From Stramenopiles sp. TOSAG23-6 (taxonomy: Eukaryota), in assembly GCA_900128565.1 (NCBI GenBank), contig LT635914.1:47117-67116 (forward strand): DNA of 20,000 nt, written 5' to 3'. Below the pieces are notes generated by a model that made no database searches, had not been told where the DNA came from, and worked only from the letters and a program-made list of their open reading frames with translations. Positions within the stretch are counted from its first letter, which is position 1. Every line of letters begins with the position of its first letter. This document shows, in pieces, positions 17,356-20,000 of the stretch. A program made the translations under genes and the position numbers.

Positions 17356-18633
17356 TTATTCGTCCACAGATAATTGCCGTAAACTGCGCCAGGTTTTTTT
17401 TGTCAAAAGAGACGACTTTGAACTATTTACAGTTTGTTCTCCTCCTTCCGTTTTCTGTTCAATACCTTCTTGATGACCTTCTTGATCAAAAAACTTAGGG
17501 TTAGGGTTGGGCTCTTTTACATAATTATCGGAAGTACCACCACAAATANTGCTACTGACATTAGAACTACTGCCACCATCACTATTTTTTTCATTATCGT
17601 TTACATCTGAGCAAAATTTTTTTAGTGGAGCATCACTTTCACCACCACTAGTACTAGTGCTTTCAGATACACCATCGGAAATGAATGCATATTTTCTTTT
17701 ACTAGTCGATTTTTCGCTTTTACTGGTATTTCGTGTATTTACTAATTCTATTTTCTGCTTTTCGTTATTATTTTTATCTTGATTACTATGAATAATTCGA
17801 CGTTTTTTTAATGGATGNGATACAAGTTGTACAGAATGCGATTCTTTTTCTTCGACGACAGCCTGTTTCTCTGTACCAGTTGTTGGATTTACCCGGTTTC
17901 CAGAATAATTGTGTTGGATTTTGCTTTCCTCAAGTTTTCTCTTCGGAAGTCTTGTTATGCTATTCTGTGGTTCATCAGATTTATCAGGAAGACTACCTTC
18001 CTTTTTACGTCCAGTCTTATTATGCAACTGTCCCATATTTTCAATATTGCTATTACATTTTTTTACGGTAGGGTTAGGGTTATGTGCTGATTTCATGTTA
18101 CTTTCGTCTTTTTTAGTGTTTTTTCCTATTTCTGTTTTGTGAGGTTTAAATTGAAGATGGGCGTGTACTTTGGCTACTTTAGCTTCTTTGTCAGTATCTA
18201 AGCAAGATGTAAGATTATTCTCTGATTCGCCAATTCTCATCATTCGCTCTCGCAAAAGTGACTTCATATCTGCGTGGTCAGTGCAGTGCGCAAAATTTAC
18301 TCCTAGCGCAGACAAACGCCGCTTTAGTTCCGCAACGGAACAACGGTCAAAGTCATTCACTGTATCGTAGTATCTATCGTCTTCTTGTCTATAGTCTTCT
18401 TCTCGATTAATATCACCGGTACCATGCTCATGGGACATACGACTGTTTTCACTCCTCGAATTATTCAAATTCCGGTGAAAACTATACACACTGGCATACC
18501 GTTGGCGCTTGAAAGGAGTGGTAGAATGAACACTCACATCGCCATCAGAGTTATTCANAGACAACATGGGTACTGGTGAACATTGNCGCTTCCTTTTCTC
18601 TGGTGTTGATCTCTTCATCACCCATTGATACAT
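17356..18633 (-). CDS. Hypothetical, largely disordered K/N/S/E-rich protein with one SAP/ARMET-C-like helical motif
   Basis: ~425-aa ORF from the first ATG (18633; 18651 is TTG). Motif DRCSVAELKRRLSALGVNFAHCTDHADMKSLLRE (~18244-18348) resembles the SVkELKxxLxxxGVdxxxCxEKxEL pattern. NLS-like PLKKRR. Confidence 0.7.
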   Translation of the reverse strand: MYQWVMKRSTPEKRKXQCSPVPMLSXNNSDGDVSVHSTTPFKRQRYASVYSFHRNLNNSRSENSRMSHEHGTGDINREEDYRQEDDRYYDTVNDFDRCSVAELKRRLSALGVNFAHCTDHADMKSLLRERMMRIGESENNLTSCLDTDKEAKVAKVHAHLQFKPHKTEIGKNTKKDESNMKSAHNPNPTVKKCNSNIENMGQLHNKTGRKKEGSLPDKSDEPQNSITRLPKRKLEESKIQHNYSGNRVNPTTGTEKQAVVEEKESHSVQLVXHPLKKRRIIHSNQDKNNNEKQKIELVNTRNTSKSEKSTSKRKYAFISDGVSESTSTSGGESDAPLKKFCSDVNDNEKNSDGGSSSNVSSXICGGTSDNYVKEPNPNPKFFDQEGHQEGIEQKTEGGEQTVNSSKSSLLTKKTWRSLRQLSVDE

Positions 18634-18878
18634 CGTTTTTTTAACACGCAAAATAATTCTTCATTAATTCTATTCTATTGTGTGGTGTGGTTGGTGAAGA
18701 AGCCCTTATCTAATTTCCGGTAAATACCCGAAAATAAATGACGAGGGTTACCGGGATACCATACCGCCGAACGGACGGCCGTTAAAAATCTCAAAAATCA
18801 AGAGTATCTTAGAAAAAAGAATTTTGTTCAAGCAACTAAATCTTTTTAATTTAGAAAAGTACCACGACAAAAATAATT

Positions 18879-19748
18879 ATGATATCCAGTGGTATGTTTA
18901 AGCAAACAGATCACGATATGTTAGAAGAAGAATATCTTGCCGCTTTCCGCTTCTTCGATAAAGATAGAGATGGACTACTCACACCTGTACAGCTTGCACA
19001 AGCTATGCAATCTCTAGGCTTTTGTCAAACTACTAGCGAGTTCAAGCGTATTCTATTTTGCCTTGATCCTAAATCCATTACCGAACAAGACTTTTTGAAT
19101 GTGCTGTCCTCAAAATTGGTACAAAATGGTTTACTCACCACTCCAAAACTATTAGACGCCTTTAAATTGTTCAATTCAGCTAAACGGTGCAGAGTTTCTG
19201 ACACTAGCAAAGGTTATCTGGAGGTTAACGATAGGGGTACTATATCACACACAGACTGGCTAGCCTTTACAACCAATTTCATTAAACCTCTCAACGTACG
19301 CTCAAAGGCAGTAATTAATACAGAAACACGAAAGGTAACAAAAATCGGTGCCTATGACTTGGCATATTTCCCCCCATATGTGTTTCTAGATGTCAAACGC
19401 GATTTTAGTCAGTCTGTAGAAGGAAAACGTGTGAAATATCGACAATGGATAAAAGACAACATCAAGGAGCATCCAGAGAATAGAAATCCAAAGAAAATGG
19501 CAGAGGTTATGACTGCATTAGGTCTATTCAACCACGTGTATAGAGAAAAACGTGCAAAATCTTCTGGTGGTGAACTGTTGGTTGATGATAAAAATTTAAT
19601 TCTCCGAGAAGATATAATTCGTGTGATCACTTCCATGGGAATTCCACTGAACTTTAGAGAGAGGAGAAGCTTTGCTTCTCTCATAGATGAGTCTGCCGAG
19701 GGAGAATATATAAACTATGCAAATTTATGTAAAAACCTTTTTCTTTAA
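18879..19748 (+). CDS. Divergent calmodulin-like EF-hand protein, 289 aa
   Basis: EEEYLAAFRFFDKDRDGLLTPVQLAQAMQSLG parallels calmodulin EF1. The C-terminal DIIRVITSMGIPLN...LIDESAEGEYINYANL parallels the EF3 exit helix and EF4. Confidence 0.8.
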   Translation: MISSGMFKQTDHDMLEEEYLAAFRFFDKDRDGLLTPVQLAQAMQSLGFCQTTSEFKRILFCLDPKSITEQDFLNVLSSKLVQNGLLTTPKLLDAFKLFNSAKRCRVSDTSKGYLEVNDRGTISHTDWLAFTTNFIKPLNVRSKAVINTETRKVTKIGAYDLAYFPPYVFLDVKRDFSQSVEGKRVKYRQWIKDNIKEHPENRNPKKMAEVMTALGLFNHVYREKRAKSSGGELLVDDKNLILREDIIRVITSMGIPLNFRERRSFASLIDESAEGEYINYANLCKNLFL

Positions 19749-19968
19749 GCATAAAAACAGTTATTAGGGATAGGGTGTATAACACTTCGTATGTTATGTT
19801 TTCCGATTTGGTATCTGTGAATATATACTAGTACATAACTTATACATTTATTGTTGTGAACCTTTGGACTAATAAATATCTATCGGATAAGAGAAAGATG
19901 TAGAATGATTGATTTGAATTATTAAATGATATCATAATAATAAAAATATATCCAATATCAATTTAAAT

Positions 19969-19973
<5 letters not shown>

Positions 19974-20000
<27 letters not shown>
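19974..20000 (+). repeat. Poly-T run reaching the window end
   Basis: 27 consecutive T after an AT-rich non-coding stretch. Confidence 0.95.

Noticed and set aside
17495-17512. Telomere-like TTAGGG repeats (also ~18069-18082)
   Set aside because: Only about two units each, encoding PNPNP/NPNP within a CDS on the minus strand.
7665-19684. Numerous 60-170 aa antisense or alternate-frame ORFs
   Set aside because: Nested in or overlapping long genes, many with non-ATG starts, and no recognisable motifs.
1-20000. Prokaryotic or viral systems (CRISPR, defence operon, hairpin-ended virus) or an alternative genetic code
   Set aside because: Gene content (CFAP58, WHEP-GlyRS, spliceosomal-type introns) is nuclear eukaryotic. 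I saw no repeat-spacer array, transposase or viral hallmark gene, and long genes read through without in-frame stops.

Overview
AT-rich, gene-dense, intron-poor nuclear DNA of a flagellated microbial eukaryote (CFAP58 present; standard genetic code; lineage not determinable from the window). Positions 1-7920 form a spacer-less palindrome centred on A23-TA-T23 at 3960/3961, inside a glycyl-tRNA synthetase intron. The ambiguous N bases I checked are mirrored too and GlyRS is cut in half, so this is most likely an assembly or amplification fold-back. Unique genes: truncated eukaryotic GlyRS with a WHEP domain; a Ser/Thr kinase with a signal-peptide-like N-terminus; a ~2250-aa DUF4062-like/NACHT-like/WD40 (TEP1/NWD-type) protein with a degenerate Walker A; CFAP58; a disordered protein with a SAP-like motif; and a calmodulin-like EF-hand protein. 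Most interesting signal: all three introns found belong to one sequence family. The two complete copies (96 and 97 nt, in CFAP58) contain no AG, are flanked by an AT direct repeat, have ATGTAT...ATACAT inverted ends, and best restore the reading frame if spliced as non-canonical GT-AT (sequence-equivalent AT-AC) introns. This is a candidate introner-like transposon family with a non-AG acceptor.
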